64,000 nt of DNA from a virus: UHGV virus genome UHGV-1353844. One strand, written 5' to 3'. Made by a program: the position numbers and the translations under genes. Below the pieces are notes generated by a model. That model worked only from the letters and a program-made list of their open reading frames with translations, ran no database searches and had not been told where the DNA came from. Every line of letters begins with the position of its first letter. Within the stretch, counting starts at the first letter, position 1. This document shows positions 19,463 through 29,216 of the stretch, in pieces.

Positions 19463-20347
19463 CTAAAAACCAGATATAAAGGTGGGTGCAATCCATCGCC
19501 ACTCCTGCCAGCGTGATCCTGTCATTGGTCCACACCAGACACGTTTCCAATGCGCCCTGCGTATGTGTGCTGCGCGATGTGGCGTTAAACAGATTCTCCT
19601 GCCTTCCCTGCGTTGTTTTTCTAAGTCTTCGCGTTGTACTGGACTTACGTCAACAACGACAGGTTCTCTGCGTGGGAGAATTTCTGTATCAGGTACGTAA
19701 CGTGTCGTTCTACCACGGTATTCCCGTCTCTCGCGTTCCGATTTCTTCACCCGCGAGGAAAGATATAAACCGATATGTACCTCATCCAGAAGTTCCTCGT
19801 CCTTTGACTCGTTAGCAAAGTAAGGCTCTAAACTAACAAAGTCATCTGCCTTTCTGTTGAACCGATAAATCTTGGTTGACCAACAGTGCCGCTGATTTAT
19901 CTCCACCCATCGTAAAACGAACAATACTTCCTCACCTTCGAATTTACGACGACCGATAAAGAGCGTAGCAGGAAGTTCGTTAATCTTGACAGTCACGGAA
20001 AAGGTGAATGAAGGGATGGCTTCAATCCACGCGTACGGAATGTCCGTTAAACGTTCTGTGTCTGCAAGTAACGCCATCAACTCGTTATCGGAGATAATTT
20101 CAATACCTGCGTATTGCCAACCCAAACCTAACGACTGGCGAATAGAATACGGCACCTGTTTGGTGGTGCCGAACTCACGGTACGTTGGGTCGTTAACGGG
20201 CAGAAAGGTTACGGGGAGTTGTCTCTTGTGTTCCCTGACAAACGTTAGAAACCGATCTTCTTTCAGACCAAACAAGTCTTTGTGTGCAGTCTCTATAGCT
20301 TCACTAATACGTCGAAGCGTGTCTCCATAAATTCTGCGTCTTAACAT
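19463..20347 (-). CDS. Hypothetical protein, paralogue A of a tandem pair (294 aa from internal ATG; track start is GTG at 20470)
   Basis: ATG (MLRRRIYGDTL) preceded by AGGAG at 7 nt. Shares LGxGWxYxG and C-terminal HIRRAHW motifs with 20358-21290. Confidence 0.5.
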   Translation of the reverse strand: MLRRRIYGDTLRRISEAIETAHKDLFGLKEDRFLTFVREHKRQLPVTFLPVNDPTYREFGTTKQVPYSIRQSLGLGWQYAGIEIISDNELMALLADTERLTDIPYAWIEAIPSFTFSVTVKINELPATLFIGRRKFEGEEVLFVLRWVEINQRHCWSTKIYRFNRKADDFVSLEPYFANESKDEELLDEVHIGLYLSSRVKKSERERREYRGRTTRYVPDTEILPRREPVVVDVSPVQREDLEKQRREGRRICLTPHRAAHIRRAHWKRVWCGPMTGSRWQEWRWIAPTFISGF

Positions 20348-20357
20348 TATAATTCTC

Positions 20358-21290
20358 CTAGTCTTGCGTGTGGGGTACGTAGCCTCGGACAAATGTCGGT
20401 GGAATCCAGCAAAGTTTTCTCTTCCTTTCCCCATCTCTTGGACCGACCCAATATCTACGCCAGTGCGCACGACGAATGTGCGCAGCTTTGGCGTGTTTGA
20501 TACCCTGCATGGCTTTCAAGTCGGTGTTAAATCCTTTTAGATATTTTACTTGTCCTGGTGTGATATCAACCTTAACATCACGTTCTCGCGGTTTAACGTC
20601 GTAACTAATACTACCGTTCTTTTTGATTTCCCTGAACTTAATATCATTAAAAGACTCCCTGTAATTAGGCGGGATTAGCGTGCACAGAAATATCATCGAA
20701 GTGGCGGCTTTGGCCAGAGATAACCATAACATCTTCTCTTCTTCGGTCTGTACGCCAGTTGTATAATCAATTTCAACAAGCCCGTTTCCTACACTACGAA
20801 GCTCTAACGAACAAGTGGCAATTGTGGTAACTCCTTCTGTTAACCCGTAATCAGTATTTGTAGCGATTATAATAAACCTTCTCTTCCCATTTTTTCGATA
20901 GCCGAGAAAGAAAGTCTCATCCTCTTTACCTACGTCGATTGCCACAGTCCATGCGGGTATAAAGTCCAACCATTCTTCAGGGAATTTACTGGGCATCTCA
21001 GTCTCGAAAACAAGTTCTCTAAGTGCTTGGTTGGATATTAAGGAAACCCCGCCATATAGCCACCCGATTGCCAACGTTTGTGCGTGAAGGGAACGTGGAT
21101 CTTTGAGACCTAACTCAGTGTCGTAGGGTATAAAGGAATTGGTTAAATGGTTACGATTCTTTTTTATCCATTTCGAGACAGGATTTTCTTTTGTTTGGTT
21201 TTCTTCCATGACATTTTCTAGATGCTGACTCCCCATTTGTCTAAGACAGTCTTTAATACCTTTTACTTTTTTACTTTTGTACAAATACAT
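20358..21290 (-). CDS. Hypothetical protein, paralogue B of a tandem pair (310 aa)
   Basis: C-terminal AAHIRRAHWRRYWVGP...WIPPTF matches AAHIRRAHWKRVWCGP...WIAPTF of neighbour. Confidence 0.5.
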   Translation of the reverse strand: MYLYKSKKVKGIKDCLRQMGSQHLENVMEENQTKENPVSKWIKKNRNHLTNSFIPYDTELGLKDPRSLHAQTLAIGWLYGGVSLISNQALRELVFETEMPSKFPEEWLDFIPAWTVAIDVGKEDETFFLGYRKNGKRRFIIIATNTDYGLTEGVTTIATCSLELRSVGNGLVEIDYTTGVQTEEEKMLWLSLAKAATSMIFLCTLIPPNYRESFNDIKFREIKKNGSISYDVKPRERDVKVDITPGQVKYLKGFNTDLKAMQGIKHAKAAHIRRAHWRRYWVGPRDGERKRKLCWIPPTFVRGYVPHTQD

Positions 21291-21323
21291 GGTATATACT
21301 CCTAAAATGGTTAAAATAAAGTA

Positions 21324-21343
21324 ACCCTAGCCGAGGCTAGGGT
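21324..21343 (-). terminator. Terminator hairpin (ACCCTAGCC-GAG-GCTAGGGT) with A-tract on + strand
   Basis: Follows end of minus-strand gene at 21349; coordinates approximate. Confidence 0.5.
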
Positions 21344-21348
21344 GTATA

Positions 21349-21837
21349 TTAGTCGATCTTGACGTAATTTGGATAGTTAGCTTTTAGCCATTCCCACAGG
21401 TGTAGTGCGAGCATACCTTGATCGTAGCTAATGATTTCCACAATACCGTGTGAGTGTGCTTCATTGCCCCAAATTTGACTATAGAAACGACGCCACTCAC
21501 CTTCTGCATAAGGCGGTACAATTGCTGGGATAAAACCATTATGGTATTCGTTAATTAGCGATTGTAATGTTTCAATACGGATTCCGTATAACCGTCTATC
21601 GATAAATGATTTTGTGATTCCGCCAAAGAAACCAACAAAGAAATCATCCAGATTCGTTATAAGTCGGGCTCTGTAACTATTTTCGATGTAGTCGGCGGCA
21701 ACGCCAGCCATCCAAGGAGTATCGACGACCATTGGTGCGAGTTTATTTCTGATCGTGGCATGTACACGGTCGGTATGGTTGAGGAATTCATGAATGATGT
21801 CTGAGTTTTTCAAAGCGATAATTTGATTTAAATTCAT
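21349..21837 (-). CDS. Hypothetical protein (162 aa)
   Basis: ORF, last gene of operon. Confidence 0.5.
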   Translation of the reverse strand: MNLNQIIALKNSDIIHEFLNHTDRVHATIRNKLAPMVVDTPWMAGVAADYIENSYRARLITNLDDFFVGFFGGITKSFIDRRLYGIRIETLQSLINEYHNGFIPAIVPPYAEGEWRRFYSQIWGNEAHSHGIVEIISYDQGMLALHLWEWLKANYPNYVKID

Positions 21838-21854
21838 GTTTTAATTTCCTTAAG

Positions 21855-22403
21855 TTAAACGGTGCTTGTCTTAGCGGGTTGAAGTTTTGATGACAAGTAA
21901 ATAATCTCAGAACTGCACACCCTTTTCACTAATGCCAGATTTTCAATAAAGATATCTCGAATACGAGACATGGTTTCATTAGTAAGGATATCACTCCAGC
22001 ACACAGTATCGACTATGTTGGTTTCAGCATTCTGTTGCTGTATAACACCAACGTAAATCGTTTCGAAATCGTCTGGGGAATGATTTTGTAAATAGTGTGC
22101 TGCGTCAACGAATGCTTTTTCCAGTATCGAATCTACCGTAGTGTCTGGGTCAGTTACACGAACCAGATAAGGTCGTTCTATCACTGCGTGAATCCGCCTT
22201 TCTAATACGTCTACCAGAAAATCCACCATCGCCTTAGCGTCTAAGATCACCACGGTTTCCCCGTTGTTCTCTTTTGTCAGCTTTCTCTCGTACACTGCTA
22301 TTGCGTCGTGCAGTTCTAACGTCACTTTACTTCGCATTTCAGTAAGTATTTTATTTAGCCTGTCGCGTGACGAACTCAGAGAAAAATCGATAAGTAATTT
22401 CAT
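21855..22403 (-). CDS. Hypothetical protein (182 aa)
   Basis: ORF. Confidence 0.5.
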   Translation of the reverse strand: MKLLIDFSLSSSRDRLNKILTEMRSKVTLELHDAIAVYERKLTKENNGETVVILDAKAMVDFLVDVLERRIHAVIERPYLVRVTDPDTTVDSILEKAFVDAAHYLQNHSPDDFETIYVGVIQQQNAETNIVDTVCWSDILTNETMSRIRDIFIENLALVKRVCSSEIIYLSSKLQPAKTSTV

Positions 22404-22404
22404 G

Positions 22405-23142
22405 TTAATAATCCTGATAAATGACGTCAGCCCGGTCTTTACGTAACTGGCAGTATGTTACATCAGCACCGTTAGGGATTCGCACACCGGTGTCTTCTAG
22501 ATAAATAACACCAGTCTGATTACAGAAATAAAAAGACCACAAATACGGATCGCCATGACACCCATTTTCGTAATGATTGAACGGCCAATAACCACGATGT
22601 AATTCATCAAAATCATCGCGCTCGATACCGTAAGCAATCATTTCTTTTTCCCACAACTTACATTCAGCATCATAAGTCGAATACCAGAAACCAACGAGAT
22701 TCTTTGTTCGTTTGACGTTCATTAAGTCGTTATAAATGGGAAAGAGTGCTTTATTGTAATTTTCTAACATGTTCGGGGAAAGTAGAAAATTCACGTAGTA
22801 TTCTAGCCATTGATAAACGGCCTCCCAGACATCTTCAGAGGAGAAATGTTCGAATACGGCGTCATCACAATCGTAGTTATCGAAGATCGCTGAGAGATCT
22901 ATTATGATGTCGCGAAGGTCAAAGTTTCGGTTGGTGTTAATAGCGTCAATAACCTCAGAGATGAGGTGAGTAAAGACATTTGTACAGGCTGTTTGTGCGG
23001 TGTAAAAGAATTCTCCTTGGACAGTTGACCATTTTGGGTCTTTCAGGCGTTCATTGAAGTATTGTGGCCAAATTTTATAAAATAATCCCTCGAACAACGA
23101 GGGATTGATACGTTGTAATTGAGGGACATAAACTTTCAACAT
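22405..23142 (-). CDS. Hypothetical protein (245 aa)
   Basis: ORF. Confidence 0.5.
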   Translation of the reverse strand: MLKVYVPQLQRINPSLFEGLFYKIWPQYFNERLKDPKWSTVQGEFFYTAQTACTNVFTHLISEVIDAINTNRNFDLRDIIIDLSAIFDNYDCDDAVFEHFSSEDVWEAVYQWLEYYVNFLLSPNMLENYNKALFPIYNDLMNVKRTKNLVGFWYSTYDAECKLWEKEMIAYGIERDDFDELHRGYWPFNHYENGCHGDPYLWSFYFCNQTGVIYLEDTGVRIPNGADVTYCQLRKDRADVIYQDY

Positions 23143-23179
23143 GGTGATTAACTCCGAGGGTTCTACACCTGAATAATAT

Positions 23180-23851
23180 CTATCTAAGAAAGTTTTTAGC
23201 GAAATAAGGTTCGATGTGAAACTCTTTTACGAGAGAATCATAGCCGGAGTGAATCTGATCGGAGTTGAGTAGGAAACGGCCTAGATCGTGTGGAAGTATC
23301 CAGGCGTCACCTTGTTTGAAAATAGTGTGACCTACAGTTTCTGGAGAAAGTCGAATTTCTTCCGGGAAGGGATACGTTTGTTTCAAATCAAGGTCGGTGG
23401 GTTTTAAGGTAACTAAACGAACGGGTCGTTTACTGGCCACCTCCTTAACGAACTGGTTACGATCAAACCAGATAATCTTTTCAGGGTAGCTTTCCAGCTC
23501 ACTCCAGACTTTGTTAATCACCAGATTAAAGTTGTGTTGCAGTTCCCCAGACTGGTTAGCGTAGCCTAAGCACTCTTCTACCAAAACAGGATTACCGTAA
23601 GTGTTCGTAGTACCCTGTGCAATCACACGTTGTGGGAAACAATCTTTCGGTATATCACAACCTGCATTGTACAATGCAATGATTTCCCACAATGAGCGTA
23701 AGGCAAGTTCAAGTGCTACTTCCCCGAGTGTATAGTGGTCGTCAGAATAGGGGGCTTTAAAGCCCCACTGCTGACGCGCAATTGCTGAAAAGCGTACCTG
23801 GATATAACTCGGTGCCATCGATAACGCTTGACTAAAAACAATCAGCATCAA
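23180..23851 (-). CDS. Hypothetical protein (223 aa)
   Basis: ORF; ATGA overlap with upstream RNase H gene. Confidence 0.5.
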   Translation of the reverse strand: MMLIVFSQALSMAPSYIQVRFSAIARQQWGFKAPYSDDHYTLGEVALELALRSLWEIIALYNAGCDIPKDCFPQRVIAQGTTNTYGNPVLVEECLGYANQSGELQHNFNLVINKVWSELESYPEKIIWFDRNQFVKEVASKRPVRLVTLKPTDLDLKQTYPFPEEIRLSPETVGHTIFKQGDAWILPHDLGRFLLNSDQIHSGYDSLVKEFHIEPYFAKNFLR

Positions 23852-25359
23852 AGTTCCTTATCGGTCAATATTCGTTTGTTTGAATAATAACCACACCACA
23901 GACCGTGATACTTCTCACCGATATACACTAACGCGTATTCAACGTACTGACGTTCTGGACGACGTACAGCGACGTAGAATCGTCCATTCGGTTCTTTGAT
24001 ACGGTTGATTTCCGTACGCGTCGGTAGGTCGATAGCGCGTGTCAAAATAGTTTTAACGCCAACCTTCCCGTTAGGGATTTTAATGGAAACGTCAAACCCT
24101 TTATCCACGTTTCGGTAAAAGTCTTTGGTGGGTTTACCTTTTTCGTCATAAAGCAAATCGGTAATGTCATTTAAGACAACGTTCGATTTGCCTTCCAAAC
24201 AGTCACGCAGCCACTCTGCCAGTTCATCACGAATGGTTACGCAGCGGTATGACAATAACGCGGGACGCAGAATACGACTGATAGACAAGTCTTCGTACAT
24301 CCACAGGTTTTTGTCTTCGCTAAAGTGCATTTTGTCAACTGGGATACCGTTAGCCGCTGCTTCCGCAAACTTCTTACGTTTTACGAACAGGTTGAACACA
24401 ACAGCGATAGGGTCAAACTGACGCAAACGTGGTACGCCCTCCCAGGCTTTAGCAGCGTGAGCGTTAACCAAATCGTAAACGTTCGTCCACGGCTCACGTG
24501 TAAACATCACACAAAACTGCGCATCAGGAATGTATTTTCCGACGAAGACAATATCGTCCTTCTGTTTTGCGTGGTTACCCCCGAACATGTAATAGAGATT
24601 TTCACCGTTTACTTTAACTGTAGGGTGCTGCTCATTTACCATCGGGTAACAGAACTTAGTTACGCAAATATCAGGAAACGCGGCAACGTTAACGCCTTCA
24701 CTGACGATTTCTTCCTGCTGTTCTTCCGGAATTTCGTCTGCCGACCAGTACGCCTGATAATCTAAGCCTTCTCCGTGTGCAGAGATGGACGATCCTTTTC
24801 GTGCCAGCCCGTCAGCCCGTTCGTTACCGTAGTGACCAGAGTGTCCTTTGATTTTAAGAACACGAATCCCTTTTCCTTCTTTCTTCAGACGTTTCTTAAT
24901 TTCCCACATCCGTTGAACCAGCTCAAGGTTTGCGATAGGGGTTCCATCAGCCCGTCGCCAGTCCCGCTTAGCCCAACCGTCAATCCAATCGTTAAACGTA
25001 TTCACAACGTAAGACGCATCGATATAGATAATGTAGTTCTTTGCAACGAACGGTGCTTTTTCGAAAACGGTTAAAAAAGCAACAATCTCTGCAACATCGG
25101 AGTGGTGGTGTTTCGGTACCGGAATAACACAGTCTACGAACTCAACAGAGTCTGGTAACGCAGGAAGTTTTTCCTCTTTGTTAATCTGGCGATAACCAGA
25201 GGTCGTAATCCCTTCGGGAATGGTAGGGTGGCGATAAACGCCACCGTCAACAATCTCTTCCTTGTTAAACAGGTAGCCGTGAATCCCACCGCCTGTTCCC
25301 ATCGGTGAGGTTAAATGGCTACCGTCGGTATAAAGTACAGCAACATCAACGTTCTTCAT
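23848..25359 (-). CDS. RNase HI-domain protein (503 aa): N-terminal type-1 RNase H domain fused to an uncharacterised C-terminal region of about 300 aa
   Basis: YTDGS at N-terminus; IDASYVVNTFNDWIDGWAKRDWRRADGTP...KIKGHSGHYGNERADGLARKG aligns with recalled E. coli RNase HI (TDSQYV...WKKRGWKTADKKP...[20 protein letters not shown]). Confidence 0.8.
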   Translation of the reverse strand: MKNVDVAVLYTDGSHLTSPMGTGGGIHGYLFNKEEIVDGGVYRHPTIPEGITTSGYRQINKEEKLPALPDSVEFVDCVIPVPKHHHSDVAEIVAFLTVFEKAPFVAKNYIIYIDASYVVNTFNDWIDGWAKRDWRRADGTPIANLELVQRMWEIKKRLKKEGKGIRVLKIKGHSGHYGNERADGLARKGSSISAHGEGLDYQAYWSADEIPEEQQEEIVSEGVNVAAFPDICVTKFCYPMVNEQHPTVKVNGENLYYMFGGNHAKQKDDIVFVGKYIPDAQFCVMFTREPWTNVYDLVNAHAAKAWEGVPRLRQFDPIAVVFNLFVKRKKFAEAAANGIPVDKMHFSEDKNLWMYEDLSISRILRPALLSYRCVTIRDELAEWLRDCLEGKSNVVLNDITDLLYDEKGKPTKDFYRNVDKGFDVSIKIPNGKVGVKTILTRAIDLPTRTEINRIKEPNGRFYVAVRRPERQYVEYALVYIGEKYHGLWCGYYSNKRILTDKEL

Positions 25360-25361
25360 TC

Positions 25362-26096
25362 TTAATCCCTGGTTAACTGATCACGAATCTGTGGTGGAAT
25401 ATACTCACCGGTTTTCAGTTCTTCGTGACAGGCTTTAGCACGTTCGTACCCGTACTCGCGGGTAATCAGTGCAAGGTGATAAATACGTGCGGTGGTGTAA
25501 GCTTCTTTCGCGGCATCCCACAAAGCATGGTGTTCAAATGCCGGTTTACCCCGCGTCCAGTAAACTTGCTCAACGGTCAAGTCAGGCTCAAAACCAAACG
25601 CCAGCGCTAAACGTTCTGCGGTGCGGTCACTGTCTAACGCGCTGAACTTACGGAATTTACCTGGAGGGACGTCACATTGTGCGAATGCGTTCATGAAAAT
25701 CGGAGAATCGAAATCTGGCCCACGCATGGTAATAACGAAATTGTGTTTGCCGGTGATTTCGTCTAACCACTTACGCATTGCCCACAGCGCTTCCGGCATA
25801 GGAGTTGTACCACCCCATGCTTCCGTGTAGGCTTCACGAGACGGTGCGTATTCAGGTTCTCCTTTACCTTCCCACCACCCCACGGTTTGCGGGTCTTCGT
25901 GGAACACAGCTTTTGCTTTAGGGTCGTTAGGATCAATACGCATATACGACGACCCTACCATTTTTAAAGTCGGTACGTCAAAGGCAACTAAGCCTGTGGT
26001 TAACAAATACGCATCAGGACGCAGTGATTTGGTTTCTGCGTCAGCACCAATTACCAGCGTCGGTAAGGTGGGTTGAATCGTTTTCGGGTATGTCAT
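25362..26096 (-). CDS. DEDDh-type 3'-5' exonuclease (244 aa), DnaQ/DexA-like
   Basis: Exo I-like motif VIGADAETK and C-terminal HHALWDA (H-x4-D); motif-level call. Confidence 0.5.
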   Translation of the reverse strand: MTYPKTIQPTLPTLVIGADAETKSLRPDAYLLTTGLVAFDVPTLKMVGSSYMRIDPNDPKAKAVFHEDPQTVGWWEGKGEPEYAPSREAYTEAWGGTTPMPEALWAMRKWLDEITGKHNFVITMRGPDFDSPIFMNAFAQCDVPPGKFRKFSALDSDRTAERLALAFGFEPDLTVEQVYWTRGKPAFEHHALWDAAKEAYTTARIYHLALITREYGYERAKACHEELKTGEYIPPQIRDQLTRD

Positions 26097-26183
26097 GTTA
26101 AGCTCCTTTCTCTATACATTAGAAGGGGGTTAAACGTTAAAAAGAAAATACCTCCTGTACCCCGAAGGATACAGGAGGCGTTG

Positions 26184-26639
26184 TCAGTTCAAACACGTTG
26201 TCAGATACTGATCGTAGGCGTCTAACAAAGCTTGCCGGTCAGAGCGATAATTCCACAGCAACGAATTCAGTTTACGTGACAAATCCAGACTGATTTCTTG
26301 TGGCGTTAACGCTTTATCGTCTAAAAACATCTTTTCTGGAACGGAATGTAATTTAGGAATTTCAAACCGTTCGCAGATAGGTGCTAACATCGGTGGATTC
26401 CACCCGCGTTTGACTGCTTGCTGATTTAAGTTTCGTGTGTAGAGATAAACGTAATAAGCGTATGTATTCACATCCGCAACATATTCCCGCATCGCGTCTT
26501 TATCAATTTTCCAATTTAGCATGATAGGCGGCGCTGGCGGAGGTTGTAATGCAGTATAGGATGACCGTTTACCGGGTTCTCCATAGCCATTACTCACCAA
26601 ACCCACGCACAAAATCATGATGAATAACAGCGATTTCAT
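26184..26639 (-). CDS. Secreted hypothetical protein (151 aa) with signal peptide and Pro-rich segment
   Basis: N-terminus MKSLLFIMILCVGLVSNGYG; QPPPAPP. Confidence 0.45.
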   Translation of the reverse strand: MKSLLFIMILCVGLVSNGYGEPGKRSSYTALQPPPAPPIMLNWKIDKDAMREYVADVNTYAYYVYLYTRNLNQQAVKRGWNPPMLAPICERFEIPKLHSVPEKMFLDDKALTPQEISLDLSRKLNSLLWNYRSDRQALLDAYDQYLTTCLN

Positions 26640-26642
26640 CAG

Positions 26643-27146
26643 TTACTCCTTAGGTGAGGATAACGTCTTTATGATCTCCTGACGGAAACTGTTAGCGTTC
26701 TGACTACCAACAGGTCGCGCCGAAGCTTCTTTGCGTTGTTCTGGTGTTGAAGCTGGGCTAACAGGAGTTTCTGGTTTCTTAGGTGTTAAATCTTTGGTAG
26801 AGTTGTCTTCTTTTACCGTGCTGTACCCGCTTTCATATGGCGGTTTCTGGCCGAGGCAAATAAAGAGCTTGTCGTATAATCTACCATTATCATCTTTCAG
26901 TTTGTCACGATCTTGCTTCATCTCTTGGTAAGATTGCGACATGTATTGATCATGAGATTGTACTGTAACGAGCTTGTGAAACTGCACTACGTACGCATAG
27001 GAGACGAAAGCCGAGTAGGATAACAAGACCGTGATGATTAAAGTCATTATCTTGTTTGCTCTTGATACGTTTTCTCCTTCTCCTGGTTTAAATGCTTCCA
27101 TCAACATCTGAATGAAGAACGGAAGCACTTTAAGAAATGAACCCAT
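26643..27146 (-). CDS. Membrane protein (167 aa): one TM helix then charged coiled-coil and Pro/Ser/Thr-rich tail
   Basis: Hydrophobic IMTLIITVLLSYSAFVSYAYVV; KQDRDKLKDDNGRLYDKL. Confidence 0.45.
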   Translation of the reverse strand: MGSFLKVLPFFIQMLMEAFKPGEGENVSRANKIMTLIITVLLSYSAFVSYAYVVQFHKLVTVQSHDQYMSQSYQEMKQDRDKLKDDNGRLYDKLFICLGQKPPYESGYSTVKEDNSTKDLTPKKPETPVSPASTPEQRKEASARPVGSQNANSFRQEIIKTLSSPKE

Positions 27147-27171
27147 TGCTCACCTCGGAGTATTTTTAATT

Positions 27172-28545
27172 ATGTTAGACTTACAAGGTTTTATTCAGAT
27201 ACCGGCTCTGTTTGACAATCAGGACGGCGTCACCGCTCCGGTAGGTGAGCTGTCTGATATGACCCTCTCGTACGCGAAGAGTAAACAGACGTTTACTAAA
27301 TCCAATCTGCAAGTGCAGTTGGTGACATTTACGTCTAAACGAGAAAAACAGACGGTTGTTGTTCCAGCCGAGTTTTCTGATCATATTCTAACCGTTTCTC
27401 AATGGATTTACCAGCAAGCCATCTTGGGGAATCTGAGAAATGACGAACTTGAATTCCAGCGCCTATTATTAGGTCAATTCCAAACAACCATTTCCGGTGT
27501 TCAGTCCGGTGCGATGATCCAGACGAACAGTAACTGGTTCCCACGTTGGGTGAGCTGGAAATATGAAGCAACAGCAGATCAAGTACAAGATGACACTGAT
27601 GTAGATAACCAAATCATAGTTTGGTTCTCGGATGAAGACTTCGACCAGGACTACACGGGTTTTGAAATCGAAGTACAGATGCCGATTGAGCCAATCGACA
27701 CATTCTTGGCCACAAAGTCAGTCGTTGAAAAAGCGATGGAAGGGTTTAACCTTACCGAACACCATAAGAAAATCAACGAGTTAATGGCAGGGTTCCCGTA
27801 TACTGCCATCCAAACTAACTACTACACCTGGCATGACCAAGAAAACTACGAGTCAACACTGGTTATTCCAATGTCGGTTATCATTTACGGACGTGCAGGA
27901 AAAAACCCAACGAAAATAAAGCAAGCGTTGCGTGAACATATTCTTGCAAACTCCAGCTTTACGGTTCCGATTGGGGTGAAGGTATTCCCTGAGATCTTTA
28001 CCACTACGAAATTCACAATGGTTCCGGGGTGGAAAATCCGTGGTATACCGAATGAGGAAGACGTGGCGGCTCTCTATTCCCCCATCCTTCCATATGATTT
28101 CTGGGTCAAAGCCATTACAAAGTTTGGGGAATGGTCTGATCAGTCTGTTGCAGAAAGAAATAGTAATACGGTAAGCAAACCGACGACGGATGTTACCGAT
28201 TTACCGACCGTGTATAAATCACTGAACATGGTGGTTATCAGTGGTCCTGAGAACGACACTCGTAAGAATACCTTACACGAAACGTTACCAGACTACGCAC
28301 TGATTGCAACAACAAACCCAGACATTGCACGAATGTCGAAATCCACCACCGAGTGGTTAGCGTTGTTCTTCCAGGCGCTAATAGCAGCGGAAGAATACCA
28401 TCCGTATCAGACCAGTCTGGATGTCGTGAAACTCGTTGATGAAGCCGATCCAGATAACTATTTCTGGGTGTTCGAATACGATAACGTCGAATATCGCATA
28501 CTGTCTCGTAAATCGAAATGGTACACTGAAATCGACGAGGAGTAA
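27172..28545 (+). CDS. Hypothetical protein (457 aa from ATG at 27172; track start 27112 overlaps the divergent gene)
   Basis: ATG (MLDLQGF) preceded by GGAG. Confidence 0.5.
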   Translation: MLDLQGFIQIPALFDNQDGVTAPVGELSDMTLSYAKSKQTFTKSNLQVQLVTFTSKREKQTVVVPAEFSDHILTVSQWIYQQAILGNLRNDELEFQRLLLGQFQTTISGVQSGAMIQTNSNWFPRWVSWKYEATADQVQDDTDVDNQIIVWFSDEDFDQDYTGFEIEVQMPIEPIDTFLATKSVVEKAMEGFNLTEHHKKINELMAGFPYTAIQTNYYTWHDQENYESTLVIPMSVIIYGRAGKNPTKIKQALREHILANSSFTVPIGVKVFPEIFTTTKFTMVPGWKIRGIPNEEDVAALYSPILPYDFWVKAITKFGEWSDQSVAERNSNTVSKPTTDVTDLPTVYKSLNMVVISGPENDTRKNTLHETLPDYALIATTNPDIARMSKSTTEWLALFFQALIAAEEYHPYQTSLDVVKLVDEADPDNYFWVFEYDNVEYRILSRKSKWYTEIDEE

Positions 28546-28548
28546 TGA

Positions 28549-29172
28549 ATGGCTACGCGTTTACCTCTTTTGGTTCCCGTTAACACAACGGGTTTATTTA
28601 AGGTAAAAACACCGTTTACGTTAGCCGAAACGGTTATCTTCACGGTGGAGGCATCACGTACCTTCCCAGATTTAGTACGTCAGAATATTGATGTTTACAA
28701 CGAGTATTACAAGCCCGTCGGGTTGGAGCGAGAAGAATATCTTGCTGATGCTACCGTTAACGCGTCAATACTTACGTTTAAATCACGCGATGGCCAAGTC
28801 GTTTATATCCCTGACACTTACGTAGAATCGTGTCCAGGTTTATCAGGAATCGCGTACCAGCGCAATGTGATGGTGGTGGACTTATCGTTTGTACCGGATT
28901 ATGTCGATGTGTCGGTGATGACTAAAGACGTTTCGGATATTCTTACCCGTACGTTGGGCATCGACCCGAAAGTCGAAATCACGACCATGGAGTATGAAGG
29001 GAAAGTGACGGAGGAGCAACACCTGCAAATGGAAGCAGCTCGGAAAAGGAAAATTCGGGAGGCTATTCCGTTGTCAGAACAGGTTACTTCGTTGACAAAC
29101 GAAAACAAAAAATTAAAAGAGTTAAACAACCAGATGTTAGAGATTCTTAAAGCTAACGGGTTAGTTAACTAA
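28549..29172 (+). CDS. Hypothetical protein (207 aa)
   Basis: ORF 4 nt after previous gene; followed by bidirectional terminator. Confidence 0.5.
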   Translation: MATRLPLLVPVNTTGLFKVKTPFTLAETVIFTVEASRTFPDLVRQNIDVYNEYYKPVGLEREEYLADATVNASILTFKSRDGQVVYIPDTYVESCPGLSGIAYQRNVMVVDLSFVPDYVDVSVMTKDVSDILTRTLGIDPKVEITTMEYEGKVTEEQHLQMEAARKRKIREAIPLSEQVTSLTNENKKLKELNNQMLEILKANGLVN

Positions 29173-29180
29173 AAGAAATT

Positions 29181-29206
29181 ACCCTACTCCTTTTCGGGAG
29201 TAGGGT
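29181..29206. terminator. Bidirectional terminator (ACCCTACTCC-TTTTCG-GGAGTAGGGT)
   Basis: 10-bp stem with A-tract before and T-tract after; coordinates approximate. Confidence 0.6.
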
Positions 29207-29216
29207 AGCTTTTATT

